Shown: positions 48,090 through 58,520 of the stretch, one piece after another
Layout: each line of letters begins with the position of its first letter
How positions within the stretch are numbered: position 1 is the stretch's first letter
Assembly (NCBI GenBank): GCA_017444525.1
Contig: JAFSWL010000019.1
Coordinates: 1 to 63,938 of the forward strand
Direction of reading: 5' to 3'
Length of the DNA stretch: 63,938 nt
From: Alphaproteobacteria bacterium
Lineage (GTDB): Bacteria; Pseudomonadota; Alphaproteobacteria; RF32; CAG-239
Notes under the pieces: generated by a model
What the model saw: only the letters and a program-made list of their open reading frames with translations
Databases searched by the model: none
What the model was told of the DNA's origin: nothing
Translations under genes and position numbers: made by a program

Positions 48090-51000
48090 CTATCTTACTG
48101 CAGATACTGTGCCCATACTGCCGCCAGGAGTTATTACTTTGCCGGCTCTCCCTAAAGCAGAAGCCTTACTATTACCTGAGCTGCTTGTATCAGTGTCTGT
48201 AGCCTGATTAGCGCAAGCCGTTCCTGTACACTGTATAGCACTGCCGCCGGAGCTGCTGGAGCTTGAGCTGCTGGAGGTTGAGACCGAACCGCCGGAGCTG
48301 CTGGAGCTTGAGCTGCTCGAACTGCTGGAGCTGCTGGAGCTTGAGCTGCTGGAGGTTGAGACCGAACCGCCGGAGCTGCTGGAGCTTGAGCTGCTGGAGG
48401 TTGAGACCGAACCGCCGGAGCTGCTGGAGCTTGAGCTGCTCGAACTGCTGGAGCTACTGGAGCTTGAGCTGCTCGAACTGCTGGAGTTACTCTTATCTAC
48501 GCACGTACAAGTATCCGTTTTCAAATATTGTCCTTCTCCACAAGCACGAGCACAATGTTTCAAACTGCCAGTTTTTTTACTATTACCTGAGAGTTGTGTT
48601 AAACTTTCCAATGCACTCTTCTGAGCCGAGCCGTCATCAGTTGCAGAACTACTGCTACCCGAATCGCTGGAGCTTGTATCAGAAGTTCTGGTACCGCCGC
48701 CGGAGCTGCTTGTACCGCCGCCTGAGCTGCTTGTACCGCCGCCGGAGCTGCTTGTACCGCCGCCGGAGCTGCTTGTACCGCCGCCGGAGCTGCTTGTATC
48801 GCTGGCTTTATCTCCCCAAAGAGGTGTAGAGCTCGTCTTATAGCATTCGCCGACACGACATTCACCACGGGTACAGTAATCGCTCTTGCCGTTGGCACTC
48901 TTAGCGCCGCTTTCACAGAAACTCTGACAGTCGCTTACACTACCGCATTCGGTGCATTGACCGTTATAGCAGTGCAGCTTAAACTCAGAAGAACTACCAC
49001 AGTCCGCATCAGTGCAGCATTGTGCATAGAATTTACCATTGCCGGTGGTTACACAACCCGTAGGACGTGGGGTTGGAGGGGTTGGATCAACCGGATCATT
49101 ACAATAGTAACACTGTGTACCGGCCTCGGTTTTGTCCGCAGGAACAATTACACTGCCTACAGGACAAGACTTTCTGGTACCATTCTGACAAGTATCATCA
49201 ATTTGTTTGTCTTTGCATGTATAGCATTCAACACCATTGCTAAGTTGCTTACGATCTGTTATTTGCTGATTGTTACCGCACTTGGTTACCCAGCCTTTAT
49301 CACACTGAGGATCCTTACAGGTGTAGCACGGAGTACCAGCATCGGTCGTACCTGCTTTCTCTGCAGTTGATCCGGCACCGCACTTTTTAACCGTACCGGT
49401 CGGACACGTATCATCCGGCTCCGGATCCGAACATATGTAGCAAGTATGACCGAAATTGGATTGACCGGCCGTAGATGCAATTTGTTTTTCACCGCACTCT
49501 AAATACGTACCTGCTGGACATACCTCTGTCGCGCACTTATAACAAATGCTGTCGGCATCAGTACGTGATATCAATTGACCTTGTCCATTTGCACATTTCT
49601 CATACAGTCTGCTACTTCCGTCTCTTTCAGACTGCTTGTATGTACCTGCCGGACATGTATCATCCAAACAACGACATGTATTATGGTCTACAACACCGCT
49701 CGGACACATACTTTCAGCATTTGCCGGACATTTGCAACGATAGTTCCATACCGTATCACCAAGTTTAATCTTTTCGCAATGCGGAATACATGTACCTAAT
49801 CCAGGCTCGCAGTCCGGAATACGGCAAACTTCGCCGGATGGACATGTCTTTTGAACACATTTGTTACAATTCTTGCTACCGGATTTGCCTTTAGTTTCAA
49901 TCTGGTAACCATCCGGACAAGAAGTCGTTTCCGTGCTGTAACCATCGGTACAACGTGCGTCCACACATTTACACTCGGCAGCATTCAATTCCTGCCCATC
50001 AGGACAATTCTGCAGGGTGCACTTACAATCGTAGCATTTATCGTCATAACCTAATCTTACTTGTTGACAAGCAATGTTCTGATTGGTCGGACAATCCACA
50101 CAGTCCTTGCCTGCAGGACAAGCTATTTGTTCACACTTGCCGCAGACCTTATCACCGGATTTACCTTGTGTTGTCAGGGTAAAGCCTGGTTCGCATTGTG
50201 TTGTGGCCGTGTCATACCCTGTCGGGCATTCTTTATCTTGACAAGCGCAGCGATTTTCATCAAATTCTCTGCCTTCACCGCACTTACTCGCATCAAGATC
50301 GCACGTACAGTTACAATATGCCGTATTTGAACCGTATTTTCTCTTTTCGCATTTAATGTGCTGGTTTGGAGCACAGTTTGTGCCATCTTTACAAGCTTGC
50401 CACAAAGAGCATTCCGACGGAATTTGTTCATCAACGCACTTATTGCAGTCAAGGTTGCCTGATTTACCTTTAGTTTCAAGCTTATAACCTTCCTCACAAC
50501 TGGTTGTGCGCTCATCGTAACCGTCAGGACATCTGTTCGGCTCACATTCGCAGCTTTCCGGATTGTATGTAAAGTTATCACTACAGGTCTTTGTTTCTTC
50601 ATTGCATACGCAGTCAAAGTAAACTGTTTGATCACCTACTTTCAAAGCAGTACATTCACAATCCTTACCGCATTTCTTTTCCGGTTCCGAACGGCATGTC
50701 TTACCTACCGGACATACGTTTGATTCGCACTTACCGCATACCGAACCTTGGCTCAACGTTTCTGTTTCAAGGTGATAACCGATTTCGCAGCTCGTTACCT
50801 CTTTGGCATACCCGTTAGAACAATCTTCTTCAGCCGTTCTCATATGGCAATCCTTACCGGATTCTGTCTTCATTGAAGCATATCCTTCGGATTGCGGCGC
50901 AACACCTTCAGTATATCCTTCCGGACACTTATTGTTCTTGCAATCATAGCAAGCTTGACCAGCATCAGAACTCATACCGTTTTCCATTGCAATGCAAGTG

Positions 51001-52130
51001 CTGTCAGTGCAAACATTCGTCAACTGACCTTGAGCGCACTTATCACCGGCAATTTTAATCGTAATCTTAATCTTGTGTTCAATACCGTTCTCTTGTGTTT
51101 GTACAATTTCAAACGCTTCCAGTTTATCTTGCGTACTCGGATTCGTCGGGCAACTTACCTTCAAAGCATTACCATCACGAGCAATCATGCAATCGGTAGC
51201 TTTATCCGGAGACGTAAACTCCCAGACTTCTGTAGTTTCGCCGGTTCTTGTGGATGTTACTGCCACAGTTTTTTCACCGCCTGCTGCAGTAAACTCAATC
51301 TCTTTCGGTGTAGCTGCAAATTCATAGATGTAATCCTTACATTTACAACCGATTTCAGTCTTTTCCAAATATTGATCTACCGGACAAACCATCGGAACTG
51401 GCTTATAGCATTTTTCTCCGTTTTCGGCTTTCTTTTCCTTAAATGTGAAACAACCGTCATCTTTTTCTTCTTTAGCTGCAGCCGTTAAATATTCACTGCC
51501 CATCTGTGTACACTTATAGCAAGCTCTATCATCATCCAGAATCTCTACAAGATTACAGGTGAAACAATAATCATCTCCCTCAGGGGTTGTATCAAGTTGC
51601 GTTCCCTCAGGGCAACCGCGCAACTCACAAACACCGCATTCACCGCGGCCGGATCTTCCGGCTTCAGCAACTTTTGTTACCCATTGTTGACCTTTAGGGC
51701 AATTTGCATCTTTTTTGGTGAAATACCCATCAGGACAACCTTTCGGTGAACATTTCCAGAAATAAGTATTGCCTTGCTTACATGATGTACAAGACCACGC
51801 CTCTTCCGTATAATTCTTCGGCCATTCTGTCTCATCGCTGGTACCTTTCAGCTTATAACCGCTTGCATCACACGTAGATGCCGTACATTCAAATATTCCC
51901 GGGCATCCAGGGATATTTGCTAAAGAACAGTTCATACCGCTTTGTGTTGACGAAAAATATCTGGCATTATCAATATAATCTGAGCATTTTCTTGGCTTTT
52001 CTTCTTTTGCCGTAGCCCCCTGTTCGCAGGACCCTGTCGGCAAAAAGCAAATTTCTGCTCGAGAAGGAATTGCCAGCATCGTACACAAAAAGGTACATAC
52101 TGCTAAACCTTTCCATAAAGTTTTTTTCAT
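48090..52130 (-). CDS. Secreted, very Cys-rich repeat protein with Ig/BACON-like insert and Ser/Gly-rich C-terminal tracts
   Basis: Signal peptide; repeated CPxGY..GKSG..CxKC and DDTCPxGT..CYxC modules; TPKEIEFTAAGGEKTVAVTS segment. Confidence 0.85.
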   Translation of the reverse strand: MKKTLWKGLAVCTFLCTMLAIPSRAEICFLPTGSCEQGATAKEEKPRKCSDYIDNARYFSSTQSGMNCSLANIPGCPGIFECTASTCDASGYKLKGTSDETEWPKNYTEEAWSCTSCKQGNTYFWKCSPKGCPDGYFTKKDANCPKGQQWVTKVAEAGRSGRGECGVCELRGCPEGTQLDTTPEGDDYCFTCNLVEILDDDRACYKCTQMGSEYLTAAAKEEKDDGCFTFKEKKAENGEKCYKPVPMVCPVDQYLEKTEIGCKCKDYIYEFAATPKEIEFTAAGGEKTVAVTSTRTGETTEVWEFTSPDKATDCMIARDGNALKVSCPTNPSTQDKLEAFEIVQTQENGIEHKIKITIKIAGDKCAQGQLTNVCTDSTCIAMENGMSSDAGQACYDCKNNKCPEGYTEGVAPQSEGYASMKTESGKDCHMRTAEEDCSNGYAKEVTSCEIGYHLETETLSQGSVCGKCESNVCPVGKTCRSEPEKKCGKDCECTALKVGDQTVYFDCVCNEETKTCSDNFTYNPESCECEPNRCPDGYDERTTSCEEGYKLETKGKSGNLDCNKCVDEQIPSECSLWQACKDGTNCAPNQHIKCEKRKYGSNTAYCNCTCDLDASKCGEGREFDENRCACQDKECPTGYDTATTQCEPGFTLTTQGKSGDKVCGKCEQIACPAGKDCVDCPTNQNIACQQVRLGYDDKCYDCKCTLQNCPDGQELNAAECKCVDARCTDGYSTETTSCPDGYQIETKGKSGSKNCNKCVQKTCPSGEVCRIPDCEPGLGTCIPHCEKIKLGDTVWNYRCKCPANAESMCPSGVVDHNTCRCLDDTCPAGTYKQSERDGSSRLYEKCANGQGQLISRTDADSICYKCATEVCPAGTYLECGEKQIASTAGQSNFGHTCYICSDPEPDDTCPTGTVKKCGAGSTAEKAGTTDAGTPCYTCKDPQCDKGWVTKCGNNQQITDRKQLSNGVECYTCKDKQIDDTCQNGTRKSCPVGSVIVPADKTEAGTQCYYCNDPVDPTPPTPRPTGCVTTGNGKFYAQCCTDADCGSSSEFKLHCYNGQCTECGSVSDCQSFCESGAKSANGKSDYCTRGECRVGECYKTSSTPLWGDKASDTSSSGGGTSSSGGGTSSSGGGTSSSGGGTSSSGGGTRTSDTSSSDSGSSSSATDDGSAQKSALESLTQLSGNSKKTGSLKHCARACGEGQYLKTDTCTCVDKSNSSSSSSSSSSSSSSSSSSSSSSSGGSVSTSSSSSSSSSGGSVSTSSSSSSSSSSSSSSSSSSSSGGSVSTSSSSSSSSSGGSAIQCTGTACANQATDTDTSSSGNSKASALGRAGKVITPGGSMGTVSAVR
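48245..48486 (-). repeat. Coding low-complexity repeats (poly-Ser / SSSGGSVST)
   Basis: Near-identical GAGCTGCTG-based units. Confidence 0.9.
48691..48795 (-). repeat. Five 21-bp coding tandem repeats (SSSGGGT)
   Basis: GTACCGCCGCCGGAGCTGCTT x5, one with a substitution. Confidence 0.92.
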
Positions 52131-52444
52131 TTATACTTCCTCCCATAATTAGATTCATACAGTGTCATTTTATCACACTATTTTTGCATTTTGTGTTACA
52201 TTTTTGTTACATTTTAAAAACTGTTAATAAAATTTAGCAACCTCCATAATTTTTATGCTGATGCCAGTTTAACATACTTCTTTACTTTTGTCTACAATTT
52301 TTATTATTTTTTGTCATTTTATGCAACTATTTTCACTAATTGTTATATTTCGTAAAATTTTTTGAATTGACTTTTAAATCTATCACTTTTTAATATAATC
52401 GGAAGGTTATCTTTCATGTTTTTAATTTTAAGAGGACAATAATT

Positions 52445-53053
52445 ATGAGAAAAGTTTTATTAATGGCAGGTATAGTATGTTTTGCAGCAGCCAATGCTTC
52501 TGCTTTTGAATTTAATCCATATGTTGCCGCAAAAGCAAAATATGCCTTTGCTCGTAACGAGATAAAGGCCACCGGTGTCAGTGAAGGCAAAAACAAGTAC
52601 AATGATGATGTGTGGGGCGGCTCTCTGTCTATCGGCAACATTTATAATGTTATGAACGGTGATTTTCGCTTGGAATTGGAATACACTAAAAATTCCGATG
52701 CAAAAAAAAATCATATGAAAATTGAAACACAGGGCGCATTGTTTAACGTTTATTATGATTTTAACTTGCGAACAACAATTCCTCTGAAACCCTATGTTGG
52801 CGTCGGATTAGGTTGGGGACGAGCCGAATTTAAAACTGACAGATGGAGTATTAAGGACAACGGAGTTTCAATGCAAATCGGAACCGGTATTAACTATAAA
52901 ATCTGCGATCATACAAGCATTGATTTAGGCTATCGTTACATTACTTATGGTGATTTCGATAAAGAATATCGTATTCCCAATATTTCTTATGAAAAAATCG
53001 AATATAAACCGCGTGCACATGAAATTATGCTCGGCTTGAGATATGAATTTTAA
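52445..53053 (+). CDS. Outer-membrane beta-barrel protein (OmpA-TM/opacity-porin-like)
   Basis: Signal peptide; RLELEY, FNVYYDF, PYVGVGLG, DLGYRY, LGLRYEF. Confidence 0.88.
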   Translation: MRKVLLMAGIVCFAAANASAFEFNPYVAAKAKYAFARNEIKATGVSEGKNKYNDDVWGGSLSIGNIYNVMNGDFRLELEYTKNSDAKKNHMKIETQGALFNVYYDFNLRTTIPLKPYVGVGLGWGRAEFKTDRWSIKDNGVSMQIGTGINYKICDHTSIDLGYRYITYGDFDKEYRIPNISYEKIEYKPRAHEIMLGLRYEF

Positions 53054-53498
53054 TATTTTATAATTATAGATATCCGCCGGCAACCAATAGTATCAACAAA
53101 AGCGGAGTAAAAAATTCCCTTATGAAAGGAAAAACTTTCAAAGGGGATTTTTTTAAATCAGACCGAAAAAAGATAAAATATGGGCACAATAACCATGGCA
53201 GGAAAGAACAAAAACAGTTATCAAATGTTGAAGCTGCTTGCAATCATTGTATCTGCACATTTTCTCGTTCATCAACTCCGGATTCGACGCTAACTGATAG
53301 GCAGAATTTGGGCAGCCGATAAATGGCAGCGAACGAAGGTAGAGGAAACGCGAAGCAAAACAATCTCTTGATTTCACCATTCAAATTCCCGATAAACACC
53401 TATAAAGTCAACACCTCCATTTAAGCGCAACCAAAAAAATTGTGGTGCTTAATATGAGCCGAGATTCATCAATGCCGACAGAACTCTTTGGGGAAAAT

Positions 53499-55178
53499 CT
53501 ATCTCTCCAATTTTTTATAACGGATTCGATGCGGATTACAAGCATCTTCGCCGAGACGCTGTTTTTTATTCTTTTCGTACTCTTCAAAATTACCTTCAAA
53601 CCATTCTACATGCCCGTTATCTTCATAAGCCAAAATGTGCGTAGCCAAACGGTCTAAAAACCAACGGTCGTGAGAAGTTACCAATACACATCCCGGATAT
53701 AAGCTGATCCCCTCTTCCAAGGAGCGCAATGTGTCAACATCCAAATCATTTGTCGGTTCATCGAGCAAAATCACATTTGCCCCTTTTCGCAGCATTTTAG
53801 CTAGGTGTACACGGTTACGTTCACCGCCGGAAAGCTGTCCGACTTTCTTTTGTTGATCGGCTCCTTTGAAATTAAATTGGCCGACGTAAGCACGTGAAGA
53901 CACTTCATTCTTGCCAAGCTGGATCATATCCAAACCATCGGAAATTTCCTCCCATACGTTTTTATCCGGATTAAGTTCGTCACGAGATTGATCAACATAT
54001 CCCAAATCTACGGTTTCACCGATGCGAATCGAGCCGGAATCCGGTTTTTCCTGACCGGTAATCATCTTAAATAAGGTAGTTTTGCCGGCACCGTTAGGAC
54101 CGATAATGCCGACAATCGCTCCCTTCGGAATTTTGAACGACAGATCGTCAATCAGCACTCTGTCCCCAAAACCCTTCCTCAGATGCTCGGCTTCAATAAC
54201 CAAATCACCGAGACGCTCGGTCATCGGAATATTTATATGTGCCGTGGTGATTTTTTCACGGCTTGCCTGTGACAGCAATTCATCATAGGCGTTGATACGG
54301 GCTTTTGATTTAGCTTGACGGGCTTTCGGATTTTTATGAATCCATTCTAATTCGCGGGCTAACGTACGTTGACGGGCTGTTTCTTCGCGTTCTTCCTGTT
54401 CAAGACGTTTTTGTTTTTGTTCAAGCCATGAGGTGTAATTGCCTTCATAAGGGATACCTTGACCGCGGTCAAGTTCAAGAATCCAACCGGTAACATTATC
54501 TAGGAAATAACGATCATGGGTTACCATTACAACTGTACCGTTATAATCTTTCAAATGATGTTCAAGCCATGCAACTGATTCGGCATCTAAATGGTTGGTC
54601 GGTTCATCAAGCAAAAGCATATCCGGTTTTTGCAAAAGCAAACGACATAAAGCTACCCGACGTTTTTCGCCACCGGAAAGTTTTGTAACATCAGCCTCTG
54701 CCGGAGGACAGCGCAGGGCATCCATAGCAATCTGCACTGTGCGCTCAATATCCCAACCGTTGACGGCATCAATTTGTTCCTGCAATTCTGCTTGTTCGGC
54801 AATTAAATTATTCATCTCGTCATCGTTCATTGGTTCGGAAAATTTTGCCGATACCTCTTCAAAACGCTGCAATAGCCGTTTGGTTTCTCCTAATCCGTCC
54901 ATTACGTTTTCCATTACGTTTTTATGAGGATCAAGTTGCGGTTCCTGTTCCAGATAGCCGACTTTAACACCATCTGCCGCCCAAGCTTCACCGTTGAATT
55001 CTTTATCAATACCTGCCATAATTTTCAACAATGTGGATTTACCGGCACCGTTGACACCTAAAACACCGATTTTAGCTCCCGGTAAAAAGGATAAAGTAAT
55101 ATCCTTAAAAAGTTCTCTGCCTCCGGGAAGAACTTTTGTTAAATTTTGCATAACGAAAATATATTGATATGCAGCCAT
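53499..55178 (-). CDS. ettA: Energy-dependent translational throttle ABC-F protein EttA
   Basis: [19 protein letters not shown]; two ABC domains; EWFEGNF; PHRIRYKKL. Confidence 0.95.
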   Translation of the reverse strand: MAAYQYIFVMQNLTKVLPGGRELFKDITLSFLPGAKIGVLGVNGAGKSTLLKIMAGIDKEFNGEAWAADGVKVGYLEQEPQLDPHKNVMENVMDGLGETKRLLQRFEEVSAKFSEPMNDDEMNNLIAEQAELQEQIDAVNGWDIERTVQIAMDALRCPPAEADVTKLSGGEKRRVALCRLLLQKPDMLLLDEPTNHLDAESVAWLEHHLKDYNGTVVMVTHDRYFLDNVTGWILELDRGQGIPYEGNYTSWLEQKQKRLEQEEREETARQRTLARELEWIHKNPKARQAKSKARINAYDELLSQASREKITTAHINIPMTERLGDLVIEAEHLRKGFGDRVLIDDLSFKIPKGAIVGIIGPNGAGKTTLFKMITGQEKPDSGSIRIGETVDLGYVDQSRDELNPDKNVWEEISDGLDMIQLGKNEVSSRAYVGQFNFKGADQQKKVGQLSGGERNRVHLAKMLRKGANVILLDEPTNDLDVDTLRSLEEGISLYPGCVLVTSHDRWFLDRLATHILAYEDNGHVEWFEGNFEEYEKNKKQRLGEDACNPHRIRYKKLER

Positions 55179-55187
55179 TATTCACTC

Positions 55188-55748
55188 CTATTTGCTGAAT
55201 TGTTTTGCATAAGATTCATAGCGCGCATCTTTCAGCGGCACTTTAGGTTCATTTTGCAATGTTTTTTGCGCCTCTGCAACAGAATTCTTGTACATTGTGT
55301 CCAATTTAATGAACGCCTCGCGGTCTTTGACATATAGTTTGGAAGCATCGTAAGGTTGACGCGGTTTAATCATAGTTCCATCCGGTAGTTTCAGCCTGCC
55401 ATCAGAATATAGGACACTCTTAAAAATCGGTTGATTGTCGAATCTTTCCAATATTTCGGCGCAATTTGCAAAACCGGATCGTTCTGCATCCATAAATGCT
55501 TCGGCCTTACCGGCGGCAAAACTTTTCAGCCCATCCTCTTGTACGGCAGCATTTGGGGCTTTACCGACCACTATAGCACGAGCCAACAATTCAAATTGGT
55601 GATATTTTTGTGATTTGCAGGCCAACCCCTGTCCGGATACGGTACCGAGAGAATACATTTCTTCACGATATGTCGGTGCTTTGCCGTAGCTTACGGCAGG
55701 GCAGATAAAACTTAGCAGCAAAGCTGTGTGGAATAATGTTTTTTTCAT
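55188..55748 (-). CDS. Hypothetical secreted protein
   Basis: Signal peptide; GGAG RBS; upstream of ettA. Confidence 0.7.
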   Translation of the reverse strand: MKKTLFHTALLLSFICPAVSYGKAPTYREEMYSLGTVSGQGLACKSQKYHQFELLARAIVVGKAPNAAVQEDGLKSFAAGKAEAFMDAERSGFANCAEILERFDNQPIFKSVLYSDGRLKLPDGTMIKPRQPYDASKLYVKDREAFIKLDTMYKNSVAEAQKTLQNEPKVPLKDARYESYAKQFSK

Positions 55749-55902
55749 AAAATTTCTCCGGAAATTAATTCTGTTATTCCTAATTTATAGGCAATAATAA
55801 TAAAATATATCTTAATTTTTCTCTGTTTTCAAAAAAATTGGTTGACAAGTGAGGATAAATAGCTTATTTTGCGCTCAAAACGTTTATATGAGGAATAAAA
55901 AA

Positions 55903-56028
55903 ATGAAGTGCTATAGTTCTTTGAAATCTAAAAAAATTCGCGATTTAAACTGCAAGATTGTTCGCCGTAAAGGTCGCGTTTATGTTATCAATAAAAAGAA
56001 TCCGAAGCTTAAAGCTCGTCAGGGTTAA
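55903..56028 (+). CDS. rpmJ: 50S ribosomal protein L36, Zn-free type B (absent from the ORF track)
   Basis: [41 protein letters not shown]; GAGG RBS. Confidence 0.95.
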   Translation: MKCYSSLKSKKIRDLNCKIVRRKGRVYVINKKNPKLKARQG

Positions 56029-56062
56029 ATATAGGTTATAACAATCTCCGTTGTTATAAATT

Positions 56063-56092
56063 ACCTCTCTGTCATGTGCAGAGAGGTTTTTA
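56063..56092 (+). terminator. rpmJ terminator
   Basis: ACCTCTCTG-tcatgtg-CAGAGAGGT followed by T tract. Confidence 0.7.
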
Positions 56093-56196
56093 TATATATG
56101 CGAATCGGTAAATAGAATACAAAAAAGCATCCGGTTTTTTTGCACGAAAGCACCGGATGTCTCTTAAATAAGTCAGAAAAGCTAAATTGCCAAGTC

Positions 56197-56457
56197 TCAG
56201 GCAATGATAACTTTCTGAATGGCACGGACGGCAGGCATCAGTTTGCGGTCGGCGCTGATAATCGAATCACAGGCTGCGACAAAGTCCGCCTTGAACGACT
56301 CCTTTTTCTCGACCTCACGGGCGAGATATTGTTTTTTTAATTCCACCTTATTTGTGGATGTGAGTAAATCACGAATGGCCTGTTGTAAACCATAGGCCTT
56401 AATTTCCTTTCTGTACTTTGAGCAGAAAGCATGATCTAAAACATGTTTTTTTTCCAT
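56197..56457 (-). CDS. Small hypothetical protein
   Basis: 3' part of track ORF 56197-56700 from MEKKH; start uncertain. Confidence 0.4.
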   Translation of the reverse strand: MEKKHVLDHAFCSKYRKEIKAYGLQQAIRDLLTSTNKVELKKQYLAREVEKKESFKADFVAACDSIISADRKLMPAVRAIQKVIIA

Positions 56458-56606
56458 TTTGATAAAAATTCTCTGAATAATAAAATCGACAAAACCTAAT
56501 ATAACAATATCCATTTCAAAATGCAAGCCTTTAATTAAAAAAATTACAAATAGTGATTGACAATGACGCTTTTTTATGCAATTTTCTGTGTTGAAAAAAT
56601 GCTGAT

Positions 56607-56683
56607 GCGCTCTTAGCTCAGCAGGATAGAGCAACAGCCTTCTAAGCTGTGGGTCGGGCGTTCGAATCGCCCAGAGCGCGCCA
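56607..56683 (+). tRNA. tRNA-Arg (anticodon TCT)
   Basis: GCGCTCT/AGAGCGC acceptor stem, ACAGC-CTTCTAA-GCTGT anticodon arm, TTCGAAT T-loop, encoded CCA. Confidence 0.97.
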
Positions 56684-56843
56684 TATAGCAAAAAGACCAC
56701 CCTTGAGGTGGTTTTTTTGCTATATGGTGAGTTCTGGTGAGAAGAGAACGTCCTCGTTCGGAGCCGTGTCGTCCGACCGCATCGGGGGCGGACGGTGTAG
56801 GCTGTCGTGAGCGCAGCGAAGGACTATCGCCCAGAGCGCGCCA
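56684..56843 (+). repeat. tRNA-associated small element ending in an 18-bp duplicate of the tRNA 3' end
   Basis: ATCGCCCAGAGCGCGCCA at 56666-56683 and 56826-56843; long hairpin directly after the tRNA. Confidence 0.8.
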
Positions 56844-57150
56844 ATAAAAATACCCTCTCTGGGCCATATCATAGGAAGTGAAGTTAAAAAATCCCCTTTG
56901 AAAGAAAAGACTTTCAAAGTTTTTTTAATTATACCGCAAAAGAAAGATAAAATATTAAGCGCATTCATCCTGATAGAACGAAACAACTCCATAGGCATTG
57001 CCTGATACTTCACCTGTCGTCTCAATATGGAGTAAAAAACAACACTTTTCTTTAATTGAGCGTAGTTAATAAAACTGCGGTTTTTATTGAACACCGATAA
57101 AATCGGAGTATGATATGGAAACTAACCGACAAATATGAAAGGAATCTAAA

Positions 57151-57984
57151 ATGTCTCGCACTGTGTTTTTGATGATAGCTTTGATGCTTTTGTTTATGTA
57201 CGTCGGCAATCTTATTGACGGACAAAACGGAATGCAAACAGCATTTTTAGCCGCTTGCGGCATGAACTTTTTCAGCTATTTTTTCAGTGATAAACTGGTT
57301 TTGAAACAATATAATGCCCAAGAAGCAACCCCACAATCAGCACCTGAACTGTATAAGATAGTACAGCGCCTTTCGGCAAAATCAGGTTTACCGATGCCTA
57401 AAGTTTATATTATTCCCGAACAGGTTCCCAATGCATTTGCTACCGGACGTAGCCCCAACCACGCAGCTGTTGCCGCCACTCAAGGTCTTCTGAATTTGAT
57501 GACGCCGGAAGAAATCGAAGGAGTTTTAGCCCATGAAATGAGCCATGTTAAACACCGTGATATTCTTATCGGTACCATTGCCGCAACTTTTGCCGGTGCT
57601 ATTGCCATGCTCGCTAATACGGCGCGAATCGGCACTTCGCAATCTAATTCACAAAATCGTAATTCCGGTATTCTGGCTGCAATACTGATGCCAATTGCCG
57701 CCACCATTATTCGCATGACTATTTCTCGCACGCGTGAATATAAAGCAGACGAAGGTGCCGCCTATTTGACCGGACATCCGGAGTGGCTCATGAGTGCTCT
57801 TTCCAAATTAGAAGATTATTCTCGAAATTATCAGATGCAGCGTGCCACTTCGCAAACCGCACACATGTTTATTATGAACCCTTTCAACGGTTTGTCCGGT
57901 AGTTTAACTCAACTGTTTGCTACCCATCCGAGCACTAAAGACCGCTTGAAAGCTTTGGATGGCATTCGCAAAAAAATGCAATAA
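57151..57984 (+). CDS. htpX: Zinc metalloprotease HtpX
   Basis: PNAFATGR, LAHEMSH, ISRTREYKAD, FATHPST. Confidence 0.94.
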   Translation: MSRTVFLMIALMLLFMYVGNLIDGQNGMQTAFLAACGMNFFSYFFSDKLVLKQYNAQEATPQSAPELYKIVQRLSAKSGLPMPKVYIIPEQVPNAFATGRSPNHAAVAATQGLLNLMTPEEIEGVLAHEMSHVKHRDILIGTIAATFAGAIAMLANTARIGTSQSNSQNRNSGILAAILMPIAATIIRMTISRTREYKADEGAAYLTGHPEWLMSALSKLEDYSRNYQMQRATSQTAHMFIMNPFNGLSGSLTQLFATHPSTKDRLKALDGIRKKMQ

Positions 57985-58092
57985 CTTTTTATTGAAGAAA
58001 ACATTCAAGCGGCAAATATAAAGTAAGCATCTAAATTTATATACATAAAAAATCCCCGAACACTTTTCTAATGTGCGGGGATTAAATTTATT

Positions 58093-58449
58093 TTACTTCC
58101 GGCGGCTGATACCGCTTACAGCAAGCATAACTACGCCGACAATCGGCAACGTATATAACCAAAAGCTACCGATATTGGCAAAATCACCTGTTATGCGTGC
58201 CGACAACACAATTACCATCAAACCGATAATCATAAAAAATACGGCAAACCAACACATAAGCGCATTATTCAAACAACGACGCTCTTTTTGACGATAATTT
58301 CTTTCAACCGGAGAGAGAGACATCTTCCTATCATCCTGCCACCACCATGGATTAGTCTTTTTCCAATGCCAATGATAATACATCATCGCCATGGTCAGAA
58401 TAAGTAGCGCCAATAAAAACGGCATACAAATAATTTGCAATTCATTCAT
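58093..58449 (-). CDS. Small hypothetical membrane protein
   Basis: Three hydrophobic segments in 118 aa. Confidence 0.55.
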   Translation of the reverse strand: MNELQIICMPFLLALLILTMAMMYYHWHWKKTNPWWWQDDRKMSLSPVERNYRQKERRCLNNALMCWFAVFFMIIGLMVIVLSARITGDFANIGSFWLYTLPIVGVVMLAVSGISRRK

Positions 58450-58520
58450 AATAGTAATTTTTAAGTTATAATTATTATTTTATGGACTTAATGTAACAGA
58501 TTTGCATTATTTTTCAAGTG

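Noticed and set aside
48263-48916. Repetitive ORFs 48263-48829 (+) and 48599-48916 (-)
   Set aside because: Shadow frames of the Ser/Gly repeats inside the Cys-rich gene.
55945-56145. 66-aa minus-strand ORF
   Set aside because: Antisense to the clearly recognisable rpmJ gene and its terminator.
56458-57094. ORFs across tRNA-Arg, and a prophage or genomic island at this tRNA
   Set aside because: The ORFs overlap the tRNA on the antisense strand; the att-like repeats enclose only about 140 bp with no integrase or phage genes.
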